This document shows positions 35,664 to 45,271 of a stretch of 64,000 bases of DNA, piece after piece (the stretch's first letter is position 1; the number at the start of each line of letters is the position of its first letter). The position numbers and the translations under genes were made by a program. A model generated the notes under the pieces. It was not told the origin of the DNA. It did no database searches and saw only the letters and a program-made list of their open reading frames with translations. Source of the DNA: Kiritimatiellia bacterium (GTDB lineage Bacteria > Verrucomicrobiota > Kiritimatiellia > RFP12 > UBA1067); contig JBMNFY010000008.1 in assembly GCA_050949565.1 (NCBI GenBank), forward strand, positions 341,488 to 405,487. Direction: 5' to 3'.

Positions 35664-36214
35664 TCGGTTAGTGACAGGGATGTGCGAAGATCATGCGTTT
35701 TTGGAGAAAAGGAGAGCCGAGAGTCGGGAGCGCGGGCGTCCTCGCCCGCAACAACGTGTCTTGCGATTTCTGTTTTATCCGCAGATTTGCGCAGATTGCG
35801 CAGATTTTCTCTTTTTTGTTTTTGACCGTAGGAGGGGAGAGACGAGCGTCTGCTCGTCCGCGGGCAAGCAGACGCTTGCCCCTCCCCGCCGAAGCGACCT
35901 CTTCGAAATCATGTCAAAAATGAAACCAGTTCTTAACCATGAAACAAACCCGAGCAATGCCATCTCCAAAAAAAATCTGTGTCCATCTGCGTCCATCTGT
36001 GGTTAAAAAACCGAGCACGGTCTTTTCGTGTATTCCGTGTGTTTCGTGGTTAAACAAACCCGAGCAATGCCCCCAAAAAACCTTGGCGATCTTAGCGTCT
36101 TGGCGGTTCCAAAAACCGAGCAATGCGCCCCCAAAAACCTCTGTGCTCTCTGTGTCCTCTGTGGTTAAACGAATCCGAGCAATGCCAACTCCTAAATCCT
36201 AACTTCTAACTCCT
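35661..36214. repeat. Modular repeat array: 19-bp boundary motif, REP-like hairpins, then five CCGAGCA-linked cassettes
   Basis: Linker CCGAGCA(ATGC) at about 35950, 36011, 36060, 36116 and 36175, each followed by a different tandem triplet. Confidence 0.8.
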
Positions 36215-37393
36215 ATGTTCCCTCATCCTACCCCAGCTTTCGTCGTTGATGCCGCCGCCCTCGAACGCAACCTCGCCATCTTGGGCGAAGTCAAACGCCG
36301 TACCGGCTGCCGCATCCTGCTTGCGCTGAAAGCCTTTTCGATGTTCAGCGTCTTTCCCCGTATGCGGCGCGTGTTGGACGGCTGTTGCGCCAGCTCGGTG
36401 TATGAAGCGCGCCTCGCCCGCGAGACCTTCGGCGGCGAGGTCCACGCTTTCGCCGCCGCTTTCTCTGAAACCGAAATGCGCGAGATCGTGACGCTGGCCG
36501 ACCATGTGACGCTCAACTCCTTCGCGCAGTTCCGCCTGTTCCAGCGTGTCGTAGCCGAAAGCGGACGCGATGTCGTCTGCGGTCTGCGCATCAATCCGGA
36601 ACACTCCGAAGGCGCGGCCGAAATCTATGACCCCTGTGCGCCGCGTTCGCGTTTAGGCGTGCGCCGCGCGGCCTTTGACGGCGAAACGTTGCACGGCGTG
36701 ACCGGGTTGCACTCGCACACCCTGTGCGAACAGAATGCCGCGCCGTTCGTACGCACGTTGGCCGCGATCGAAAAACGCTTCGGCGACCTGTTGCCGCGTC
36801 TCTCCTGGATCAATTTCGGCGGCGGTCACCACATCACGCGGTCTGACTACGATCTTGATCTGCTGTGCGACACACTCAACGCATTCCGTACGCGCCATCC
36901 GAATATCGAAACCATCTACCTCGAACCCGGCGAGGCCTGCGCCCTCAACGCCGGCACGCTCGTGGCGACCGTGCTGGATGTGGTGGACAACGACATGTCC
37001 ATCGCCATTCTCGACGCCTCGTGTGCCTGTCACATGCCGGACGTGCTGGAGATGCCGTACCGTCCCCGTGTCTTCCGCGACGCCGCCTGGAGCGGTCAGG
37101 CCAGCCCCGGCCCGGAAGCCGACATCGGCTGTGACCCCGGTGTCAAGGCCCACACCGTACGGCTTGCGGGCGCCACCTGCCTCGCAGGCGACATCATCGG
37201 CGATTGGTCGTTCGACACGCCGCTTCAGACTGGCGACCGCGTGATCTTCGAAGACATGGCGCACTACACAATGGTCAAGACCAACACCTTCAACGGCATC
37301 CGCCTTCCCTCGATCATGTTACGCGAGCCTGACGGCACCCTGCACACCGTACGCACCTTCGGTTACGAAGACTTCAAAAACCGTCTGTCGTAA
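36215..37393 (+). CDS. nspC: Carboxynorspermidine decarboxylase
   Basis: PTPAFVVD, LALKAFS, GLRINPE..YDPCAPRSRLG, HTLCEQ, NFGGGHHITR, HMPDVLEMPY, YTMVKTNTFNG. Confidence 0.95.
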   Translation: MFPHPTPAFVVDAAALERNLAILGEVKRRTGCRILLALKAFSMFSVFPRMRRVLDGCCASSVYEARLARETFGGEVHAFAAAFSETEMREIVTLADHVTLNSFAQFRLFQRVVAESGRDVVCGLRINPEHSEGAAEIYDPCAPRSRLGVRRAAFDGETLHGVTGLHSHTLCEQNAAPFVRTLAAIEKRFGDLLPRLSWINFGGGHHITRSDYDLDLLCDTLNAFRTRHPNIETIYLEPGEACALNAGTLVATVLDVVDNDMSIAILDASCACHMPDVLEMPYRPRVFRDAAWSGQASPGPEADIGCDPGVKAHTVRLAGATCLAGDIIGDWSFDTPLQTGDRVIFEDMAHYTMVKTNTFNGIRLPSIMLREPDGTLHTVRTFGYEDFKNRLS

Positions 37394-37513
37394 TCCAAGA
37401 TTGATTGTTCCGATGCTAAGGTTTTTGTTACACTCTGATTCGCAATCTGTTGGTGGTTTGGTTACGCGGCAGATGTGAACGAGACGCATCGCCTATAAGC
37501 AGAGGAGAAACGC

Positions 37514-39250
37514 ATGACAGCAAAACCTCATTCTCTGATCTTTCTGATCGCGTGGGGAACCTTGGCCGCCGCTTTTGCGCGGGGAGGCGTCTACGACGAC
37601 TGTGCCGCATGGTGGCACTTCGATTACGATCCCAATGCTGACTACAAGGCTGATGTCGATGAAATCCGCGACCAGCGCGACTGGGGCACCGCAGCGAACA
37701 AAGGTGTAACCGGCAAGCACGCGACCTCCGTTCACGGTCCGTCCGGCGGGCCGCAATGGATCGACACGCCGGAACTCGTGACGCCGGCAGGCGGCCAGAA
37801 CTACGGCCGCAAATCGATCCTATTCCAACCTGCCGTCGACAGCAAGACCAACTGTTGGCCGAACACGTTTCGAGTGTCGAATCTCTATCTCGCGGGTGAT
37901 GTCACCCTCGTCACGCGTTTCCGCTGGGATGGGTATGTCACAGAAATTCAAAAAACGGCCTGGCTTTTTAACATCGGCATGGCGTGGAACCAATATACTG
38001 GATGGCTCTTCGGTATAGACGGCCCCTCTTCAAACCTGACGTTTTACAGCCAAAAAAGCAGCGGCCTCCAAATGACTACGACGTCCGTCACACCCGGCAT
38101 TTGGTATGACGTGGCACTGGTCGTAAAGGACAACAGTACGACCGAACCTACCGATACCGTGGAATTTTACCTGTGGCCGCAAGACGGGGCGCTCAGGTAC
38201 CAGAAGCGTACCACCTCCGTCATCACGAACGCCATCGGTACGTTGGGCTGCACCATCGGATGCGAGGCTACCACAGCCACTTACGAGGGCGGCAACGCAC
38301 GCAAGGCCTTTGCCGGCGCGCTCAATCATCTGGCCATCTGGAATCGCGCGCTCTCAACAGATGAGATCAACGAGGCGTTTGGCTCGCCACAACCGCTCTT
38401 CCACATCGGCCTCAAGAACGACCGCGCAGGAGATCTGCGGACCGAGTGGGAAGCCGACGCCGAATACCAGCCCGGCGCCCCCTGGCACACCATGCGGCGC
38501 GCGGTCTCGGGCACCCACCCTGAGGCCACAATCAAGCTGCTTGTGAACGCGCAGCAGGCGGCTCTCGGTTACTTTTTCCATCTGCGGACCCAAGAGGTGG
38601 AAAACGAAAAGTCAGCGGATCTCCGGCTGATCGTCAACACCGTGACCAATGCCGTACGGACCGTAACATCCGGCCAGGATCTCTTCTGGTACGTCGCCCC
38701 CGGCACTCTGGTGGCGGGGACAAACAGTGTGACGCTTCAATACGCCTCGGGACCGGCGAGCTACGCCATCTTCGACTGGCTCGAACTCGCTGGTTCCTGG
38801 CAGGTCGGCTATGACGACGGCTCTCAGGCCGAGTTCGCATTAGAAAGCTCCGCGCCAGATGATTTTTATGTAACCAACCCGAACTGGCAACACCTAGAGC
38901 GAGCCATCACCCGCGATGACACGAACGTCAACGTGCATTTCAGCCTCTCCCGCGAACTGGCCGAAAAATACGCCTTTGAGTACACCACGCGCATTATTGG
39001 GCAAGGAGGCGCCAGCGCACCCCATGCGTTCAGCGTGGATATTAACCAGACGACATTCGCCAGTTTCGCTCCGGTCCAGAACGGCACCCTCAGCACCCTC
39101 CCCCTCAACCGTGGGCTGCTGCAGGCAGGCGACAACATGGTCAGGTTCCGCTACGACGGTGATCCTACAGTAAGCGGATACCTCCAGTTTGACTTCCACC
39201 GGCTGGAGATACTCCTCTTCCCCCGAGGGTCGCTACTCATGTTGAAGTAA
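37514..39250 (+). CDS. Secreted LamG/concanavalin-like domain protein
   Basis: Signal peptide; AWWHFD; FAGALNHLAIWNRALSTDEI; duplicated C-terminal beta-domain; ends RGSLLMLK. Confidence 0.7.
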   Translation: MTAKPHSLIFLIAWGTLAAAFARGGVYDDCAAWWHFDYDPNADYKADVDEIRDQRDWGTAANKGVTGKHATSVHGPSGGPQWIDTPELVTPAGGQNYGRKSILFQPAVDSKTNCWPNTFRVSNLYLAGDVTLVTRFRWDGYVTEIQKTAWLFNIGMAWNQYTGWLFGIDGPSSNLTFYSQKSSGLQMTTTSVTPGIWYDVALVVKDNSTTEPTDTVEFYLWPQDGALRYQKRTTSVITNAIGTLGCTIGCEATTATYEGGNARKAFAGALNHLAIWNRALSTDEINEAFGSPQPLFHIGLKNDRAGDLRTEWEADAEYQPGAPWHTMRRAVSGTHPEATIKLLVNAQQAALGYFFHLRTQEVENEKSADLRLIVNTVTNAVRTVTSGQDLFWYVAPGTLVAGTNSVTLQYASGPASYAIFDWLELAGSWQVGYDDGSQAEFALESSAPDDFYVTNPNWQHLERAITRDDTNVNVHFSLSRELAEKYAFEYTTRIIGQGGASAPHAFSVDINQTTFASFAPVQNGTLSTLPLNRGLLQAGDNMVRFRYDGDPTVSGYLQFDFHRLEILLFPRGSLLMLK

Positions 39251-39290
39251 ATGTCCCGGTCTTGCCGTGTCACCGGCAGGCCCAGTATGC

Positions 39291-40640
39291 ATGGCTATTC
39301 TCCTCTACACGCTTCTTGTTCTTTTGCTCCTGACGCTCGCGCTGCTCGCTTGGCTGGTAGTACGGACCGGTCGTGACGCGCCGGACCGCGACGCGCTGAT
39401 CCGTCTGCAAACACGCGAGGCCGATTTCCAAGAGACGGCCCGCCTCCTGCAGGAACGGTCAAAACGGATAGAGGCACTGCAGGTCGAAAACGCCCGACTT
39501 ACCGCCGAACTCGACCATGAACGGCGTACCGCCGCCGAGAAGATGCAACTGCTTCAGGATGCCGAGGCGCAGCTCAAAACCGAATTTGAAAATCTGGCCA
39601 ACCGCATCTTTGAGGACAAGGGGCGCGCGCTCACCGAACAAAACCGTGAACGCATCTCCAGCCTGCTGCAACCATTGCGGGAACAGCTCGACGGCTTCCG
39701 CAAACGGGTCGACGAGGTACATAAAGACGGTACCGAGCAATCCGCCCGCCTGCTGGAGCAGGTGCGTCAACTCCAAACGCTAAGCAACAAGGTCAGCGAT
39801 GAAGCCAACCACTTGGCGCGTGCTATCAAAGGCGACGCCAAACGCCAAGGCGATTGGGGTGAACTGATCGTTGAGCGCTTATTGGAAGCCTCCGGACTGG
39901 AGAGCGGCCGCGAGTATGAAACTCAGCCCATGCTGCGCACCGAAAGCGGCGCGGTACAGCGTCCAGACTTTGTGGTCCATCTGCCGGGCAACAAATCGGT
40001 GATCGTGGATGCGAAAGTTTCGCTTACCGCCTACGAACGTTCGTGCAATGCCGCAAACGACGACGAACGGCGTGCCGCGCTCACGGCGCATGTGCAATCG
40101 GTGCGCCGCCACATCAACGAGTTGCGCGACAAAAACTACGCCACGCTGCTCGGCAACCGCACGCTCGATTTCGTGCTGATGTGCATCCCGCTTGAGCCCG
40201 CCTACCAGGCCGCGTTACAGATGGAGCCCGGCCTGCTCTATGAGTTGGCCAAAACCAACGTGGTGATCACCGGACCATCCACCCTGATGATCACGCTCAA
40301 GTTGATCGCCCAGATCTGGCGGCGCGAGAACGAGAATCGGCACGCCGAACAGATTGCTGACCGCGCGGGCCGTCTCTACGATCAAGTTACGCTGATCGTC
40401 GAAGCGATGGCTGCCGCTAAGAAAAACCTAGGGGATGTCGCGCAGTGCTTTGACTTGGCTCTCGCCCGTCTGCAGAACGGTCGGGGGAACTTGGTCGGCC
40501 GTGTTGAGGCACTGCGTAAACTCGGCGCCAAAGTCAACAAGCCCCTGCCGCCTGCCGTTGTCGAGCGCGCTCTGGCGACAGACGGAAGCGCTGACGACGA
40601 TGACGAGCCCCCGGTGCCTCCGCCCGCGCTTGACTTATAG
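39291..40640 (+). CDS. rmuC: DNA recombination protein RmuC
   Basis: N-terminal TM and coiled coil; QGDWGELIVERLLEASGL, RPDFVVHLP..DAKVSL, DFVLM. Confidence 0.93.
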   Translation: MAILLYTLLVLLLLTLALLAWLVVRTGRDAPDRDALIRLQTREADFQETARLLQERSKRIEALQVENARLTAELDHERRTAAEKMQLLQDAEAQLKTEFENLANRIFEDKGRALTEQNRERISSLLQPLREQLDGFRKRVDEVHKDGTEQSARLLEQVRQLQTLSNKVSDEANHLARAIKGDAKRQGDWGELIVERLLEASGLESGREYETQPMLRTESGAVQRPDFVVHLPGNKSVIVDAKVSLTAYERSCNAANDDERRAALTAHVQSVRRHINELRDKNYATLLGNRTLDFVLMCIPLEPAYQAALQMEPGLLYELAKTNVVITGPSTLMITLKLIAQIWRRENENRHAEQIADRAGRLYDQVTLIVEAMAAAKKNLGDVAQCFDLALARLQNGRGNLVGRVEALRKLGAKVNKPLPPAVVERALATDGSADDDDEPPVPPPALDL

Positions 40641-40699
40641 AACGCTGGGCGTCGAACGCAGAAGATTGAGAGGTTCTTGCAAAAACCCGTACCTGCAGA

Positions 40700-40980
40700 T
40701 GTGGCACGGGCATCTTGCCCGTGTTAGTTAAAGGCCAAACTCCAGGCACGGGCATCTTGCCCGTGTTTCATGGGCGGGACGCCCATGCCACGAGGGGAGG
40801 CAAGAACCCACTGAGTTTAAAAAGGTTTCGAGCGCACCGCTCAAAAAGCGGCGTCGCGCGGAATACCGCTTGCCGCACGCACTCCAAATCTGCTCGCCAG
40901 ACTTGCGGAACCCAACAAAAAAGAGAGGGATGAGCGTCTGCTCGTCCCTCCCCTTTTGGCGCTCTTGGCGTCTTTAAAAA
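40700..40980. repeat. Cluster of REP-like palindromes
   Basis: CACGGGCATCTTGCCCGTG twice, ATGGGCGGGACGCCCAT, AAAGCGGCGTCGCG..CACTCCAAA, GAGCGTCTGCTC. Confidence 0.7.
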
Positions 40981-40984
40981 ACGC

Positions 40985-42036
40985 TCAGTTGGCAATCCGC
41001 CCGGGCCACGGGAGTTCCGGACCGCTGATCGACGCCACAGCATTCTTGCCGGCATCGGGGCCGACGGCGTGCGCGCCCAGACAGAAGGTCAGGAGCACAA
41101 GCACCACGGCGGCAGCAACCGCGCAAACCGCGGCAATCGTCGTAAAGACCGACGACTCTTCTTTCTGCGCCGGGAAGTCCAGCGGGCTGATGGGCGTCAT
41201 CTGCACGCCTTCCGGGAATCCTTCGCCTTCCGCCCCTGCTTCACCCGCAGCGTCGGGCTTACCACCCGGACGCTTGATCTTCAGCGTCTTCTTTTGGGTG
41301 ACACCCGCGCTACCGTCGCCTTCAGCCGGCAGAGCCGAATCCGGAATGCGGGAGGTCTTACGGGCTGAAGCTGGCGCCAACGGTGTTGATGCTACCGTGG
41401 GAGCTGCGGGCGGAGCCATCAAATCAGACGGACGCTTCAGACGAATCGTCTTGGGGCCTACACTTTCGGCAGGCGCAACACCGATGGCCGCATCCAGCGA
41501 GATGCGCGATGTCTTCGATTTAGAAGCCTGTACTTGAGCCGCAGAGAGCGGCTTGGGGCCGTCCGGCAACGGGGACGCACCGGGGGTCGGCGGCGGCTGC
41601 GGCTGCGGCTGCACGGGAACGACCGGCGCGATCGGAGCCGTGGACGACAACTCAACCTGAGTGATCGCCTGAGTGGCTCCGGGCACGGTCCGCGGCAGCG
41701 GCTCTCGGTTGCCGCGCCAGGCGCGGCAACCGGACGCAGACGCACAGTCACGGGGCGGATCGCCGCAGGCGCCGCAGCGGCCACCTCTTCGGGCACCGGT
41801 ATGCGCGATGTCGCTTTAGGGTCGACAGGCCGTAACGGTTGCGGCGCGGCTGCCGCCGCAGGAGCTGCGGGCGCGGCTGCCACCGCAGGGGCCGCAGGCT
41901 TCAAGCGGACGGTAATCGGACGCGGCGCGTTGGCCGCCGCACCGGCGGGGGTCACCGCCGCCTGACCCTCCGGCTTGCCAAGTGGTGACACCTTCGGGGG
42001 AATTGCTCCTTGGTTAACTTGATCCTGTTCTGCCAT
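40985..42036 (-). pseudogene. Pro/Ala-rich protein with C-terminal membrane anchor, frameshifted near 41700
   Basis: ATG at 42036 with GGAGG SD; repeated motifs (TVRLKP/TIRLKRP, TSRIP/TSRIS) continue across the two overlapping ORFs 41458-42060 and 40985-41686. Confidence 0.65.
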
Positions 42037-42067
42037 GACTTGTGCCTCCGTAACAGGCAACAGCCGT

Positions 42068-42631
42068 TTATACGGCCATTACCTCCGCTTCTTTGTTTTT
42101 CAGTTCTTCGTCAATCTTTGCGATGTGGTTGTCCGTGGCCTTCTGCACCTCGTCCAAGCCCCGGTCGCGCTCGTCTTCCGTGATTTTCCCATCCTTCTGC
42201 AACGCCTTGACCGCATCGTTACCGTCGCGGCGCACGTTGCGGACCGCAATACGGGCCTCTTCAGCTTGGCGCTTGGCCACCTTGACGATCTCTTTGCGGC
42301 GCTCCTCGTTGAGTTCGGGGATCGGGACACGGATCACGCGACCGTCGTTGCGCGGGGTCACGCCGAGATTGGCCGCGAGAATCGCTCGCTCGATATCCCC
42401 CAGCGCCGTGGGGTCAAACGGGCTGATCACGATCAGGCGCGGCTCCGGCGTTGAGATGTTCGCGAGATCGCGCAGGCGGGTCGGGGTGCCGTAGTAAGTG
42501 ACCTGCACGCCATCCACCAAAGCGGGCGACGCCTTGCCGGTGCGCAGGCCAGCGAACTGATCCTTCAGCACCTTGAGCGAATTACCCATCTTGTCGGCGG
42601 TGTCCAGCAATACTTCATCCAGTGTGTCCAT
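42068..42631 (-). CDS. frr: Ribosome recycling factor
   Basis: LRTGKASP, YYGTPT, IRVPIPELNEERRKE, VRNVRRD. Confidence 0.97.
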   Translation of the reverse strand: MDTLDEVLLDTADKMGNSLKVLKDQFAGLRTGKASPALVDGVQVTYYGTPTRLRDLANISTPEPRLIVISPFDPTALGDIERAILAANLGVTPRNDGRVIRVPIPELNEERRKEIVKVAKRQAEEARIAVRNVRRDGNDAVKALQKDGKITEDERDRGLDEVQKATDNHIAKIDEELKNKEAEVMAV

Positions 42632-42648
42632 CGTCTCTCTCTCCTGAT

Positions 42649-43398
42649 CTATCCGATCTGCGTCTTGTCGCCCACCAGTGTGCCGATGGCCTCACCGCAG
42701 ACGATCCGCTCCAGTGCATCCTCATCGTAAAAATCAAACACCACGATCGGGATCCGATTATCCATGCACAACGCGAAGGCCGCAGAGTCCATCACCTTGA
42801 GGCGCTTGTGCAAAGCATCCTCGTAGGTCACCTTCTCGTAGCGCGTCGCATTGGGGTCCAGATTCGGATCCGCCGTGTAAATCCCGTCCACCTTCGTGGC
42901 CTTCAGCAGCACCTCCGCCCCGATCTCACTGGCACGCAACGCTGCCGCCGAATCGGTGCTGAAATAGGGGTTCCCCGTGCCGCCCGCAAAAATCACCACG
43001 CGCCCCTTTTCCAAGTGCCGGAGCGCCTTGCGCTGAATGAAAGGCTCAGCCACCTGATGCATCTCGATGGCCGTCTGCAAGCGCGTCTCCAGACCCAGTT
43101 GCTCAAGCGCGTTCTGCATCGCCAGCCCGTTGATGATCGTGGCCAGCATGCCCATGTTGTCGCCAGTGACGCGGCTCACGCCCTTGGATTCACCCTTGAG
43201 CCCACGGAAGATGTTGCCGCCGCCCAGAACGATACCGATCTGCACGCCCAGCTCAGCGACCCGCGCTACGCGCCGCGCCATTGAAGCCAACGCATCCGGG
43301 TCGATACACTCTCCCGATGTGCGGTTTCCAAGGACCTCGCCGCTCAGTTTCAGCAAAATCCGCTTATACTTGACACTGCCACTCCGCCGCGTTTCCAG
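42649..43398 (-). CDS. pyrH: Uridylate kinase (probable CTG start at 43398)
   Basis: KYKRILLKLSGE, GGGNIFRG, DNMGMLAT, GTGNPYFSTD, KVMD. Confidence 0.95.
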   Translation of the reverse strand: METRRSGSVKYKRILLKLSGEVLGNRTSGECIDPDALASMARRVARVAELGVQIGIVLGGGNIFRGLKGESKGVSRVTGDNMGMLATIINGLAMQNALEQLGLETRLQTAIEMHQVAEPFIQRKALRHLEKGRVVIFAGGTGNPYFSTDSAAALRASEIGAEVLLKATKVDGIYTADPNLDPNATRYEKVTYEDALHKRLKVMDSAAFALCMDNRIPIVVFDFYDEDALERIVCGEAIGTLVGDKTQIG

Positions 43399-43442
43399 AA
43401 ACGCCCCCTTTCAACCCATGATTTGAAACGAGAATAGCTTAC

Positions 43443-45242
43443 CTAAACACCCTCGGAAGGTAAACCGCTTTTTTTAGTAAACATGAAACCGCCAAAGAAG
43501 GTGTGCGGACTCTTCGCCCTGCCAAACCGCACGATGAGCTGGTGGTCACCGGCCGTCAGCTTGACCCTCCGCTTGCCCATCGGAAGAGTCGGGTTACGGA
43601 ATCCATAGCCGGAATCCCACGCGGCGGGCAAGCTCCATTCGGCGACCTTGACCCGATCCACCTCCAGTTGAACCACATCGTCTGGAATGGCGCTGAAGTC
43701 TTTGCCTTTCCTTCCGTAGTCAGGACGGTTCATGAACAGCTCGACGTCATACTCGCCGGATTTCACCACATGCACGCGGTAGGTCACCCATCGCGCGGTC
43801 ACCGGAATCGCCGACTCGACGCTGTTGGCGATCTCTGTATTCCGCCAGGACGCTCTCGGATCCCCCTTGTCGGTGTTGTCTTGGAAGGCCGCGCCCCTCC
43901 CGCCCTCGTCGTAATGGCCCGCGACGATCCTGCCCGGGATGGTCTGGGGCTTGCCCTGATATGCGGTGCCCGTGTACTCGCGACCGGTGAGCACAGTGAT
44001 CTGGAGCGGTGTCGACAAGCCGATCAGGCCGTCGCAATCCTTTGCCATGGCGATAATCGTGTTGTCGGCCTCGAAAAGGTTGGTCACGGTAAACGTCTGG
44101 TCGACAGAATGGCCGCGTTTCGCAAACAGCGACGTCAAGCGGGCTCCTCCCGATGCAGGCGCGGGCGCGGGCACATCCGCCTCGGCCCGGATGTAACCTG
44201 AAGAAAAAAGATAGACCTTCTTCACGGTGCCGTCACGATCGTCAGCGTGGACATGGAACGTCATCGGCTGGTCCTGCCGCCACTCCTCCGGTTTCCCGTC
44301 CAGTGTCACCGTGACTGCGGGCGCTGTTTTCTTCCCGTAGTCCTCCTCGTAGACCCGGACGTAATCGACCACCAGTTGGTCCGGAAACGTCGCGTCCTCC
44401 AAAAAGCCGTAGAAGGGAGGATGGCCGCCGTCCTTCTTCAACTTTTTGGGCGTCCGCAGACACTCGCTGATCCAGATCCTTTGCGGAACCGTGGTGATCG
44501 GAACCTCCCGGTAGTTCTGGCGCAACGTCTCCTGGCCGTCCACATAGAAGATGTGTTCCAGAGGCGTCCATTCCAAAGCCACGGTGTGCCATCCGCCGTA
44601 CCGCTCCAGCGTCACGACTTTGCCTTTGGAGCAACGGGCGATATTTGTTCGCGACAGCATATCGTTGCCGCCGATCCCCTTGCCGTCGCCCTGATCCTTG
44701 TAGGTACTCAGCGACGCGGTGGCGTGGTAGCAGTGGCTGATGTCGTTTTTGACCTTCGGCTTGTAGAAATCCTCGAAAATATCGAACTCTTGCGGACTCT
44801 GGAACGTGTCAGTGCCTTCGCCGTACGGCACTCCCGAGAGCCAGACCGCCGTCCACCACCCCGGCTGGGTCGAGAACTGCACGCGGGTCTCGAAATACCC
44901 AAAGGCCTGCTCGAACGTCCGCGACTGGAGGCCATTGTTAAACCGGACCGTGCCGTCCGCATCCCGGGTCAGGCTGAGGACAAGGTGCCCCTTGCCGTCC
45001 AACGCACAGTTTTCGGCCGCGTATCGGGTCTGGAATCCGGGGTAGTCCCACTTCCCGTCCGGGGAAGCGTTCTGCCAGCGCTGCATGTCGATGGCCGTGC
45101 CATCGAACTCGTCGCTCCACACAAGCCTCCATTTCTTCCCCGCAGGCGGCCCCTGGGCGTCCACGCTTTTGATGACGGTCTCGCCCATCGACGCCGCCGC
45201 ACACAACCCCACGCAGCACAGGATCATTGCCTGTCTTTTCAT
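43443..45242 (-). CDS. GH16 glycoside hydrolase with Ig-like and CBM6-like domains
   Basis: WRLVWSDEFDG, FGYFETR, catalytic EFDIFE, WHTVALEW, VDYVRVY; C-terminal QTIPGRIVAGHYDEGG. Confidence 0.85.
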   Translation of the reverse strand: MKRQAMILCCVGLCAAASMGETVIKSVDAQGPPAGKKWRLVWSDEFDGTAIDMQRWQNASPDGKWDYPGFQTRYAAENCALDGKGHLVLSLTRDADGTVRFNNGLQSRTFEQAFGYFETRVQFSTQPGWWTAVWLSGVPYGEGTDTFQSPQEFDIFEDFYKPKVKNDISHCYHATASLSTYKDQGDGKGIGGNDMLSRTNIARCSKGKVVTLERYGGWHTVALEWTPLEHIFYVDGQETLRQNYREVPITTVPQRIWISECLRTPKKLKKDGGHPPFYGFLEDATFPDQLVVDYVRVYEEDYGKKTAPAVTVTLDGKPEEWRQDQPMTFHVHADDRDGTVKKVYLFSSGYIRAEADVPAPAPASGGARLTSLFAKRGHSVDQTFTVTNLFEADNTIIAMAKDCDGLIGLSTPLQITVLTGREYTGTAYQGKPQTIPGRIVAGHYDEGGRGAAFQDNTDKGDPRASWRNTEIANSVESAIPVTARWVTYRVHVVKSGEYDVELFMNRPDYGRKGKDFSAIPDDVVQLEVDRVKVAEWSLPAAWDSGYGFRNPTLPMGKRRVKLTAGDHQLIVRFGRAKSPHTFFGGFMFTKKSGLPSEGV

Positions 45243-45271
45243 ACTCGCACCCCCTCCCTCATGGACTTGTC

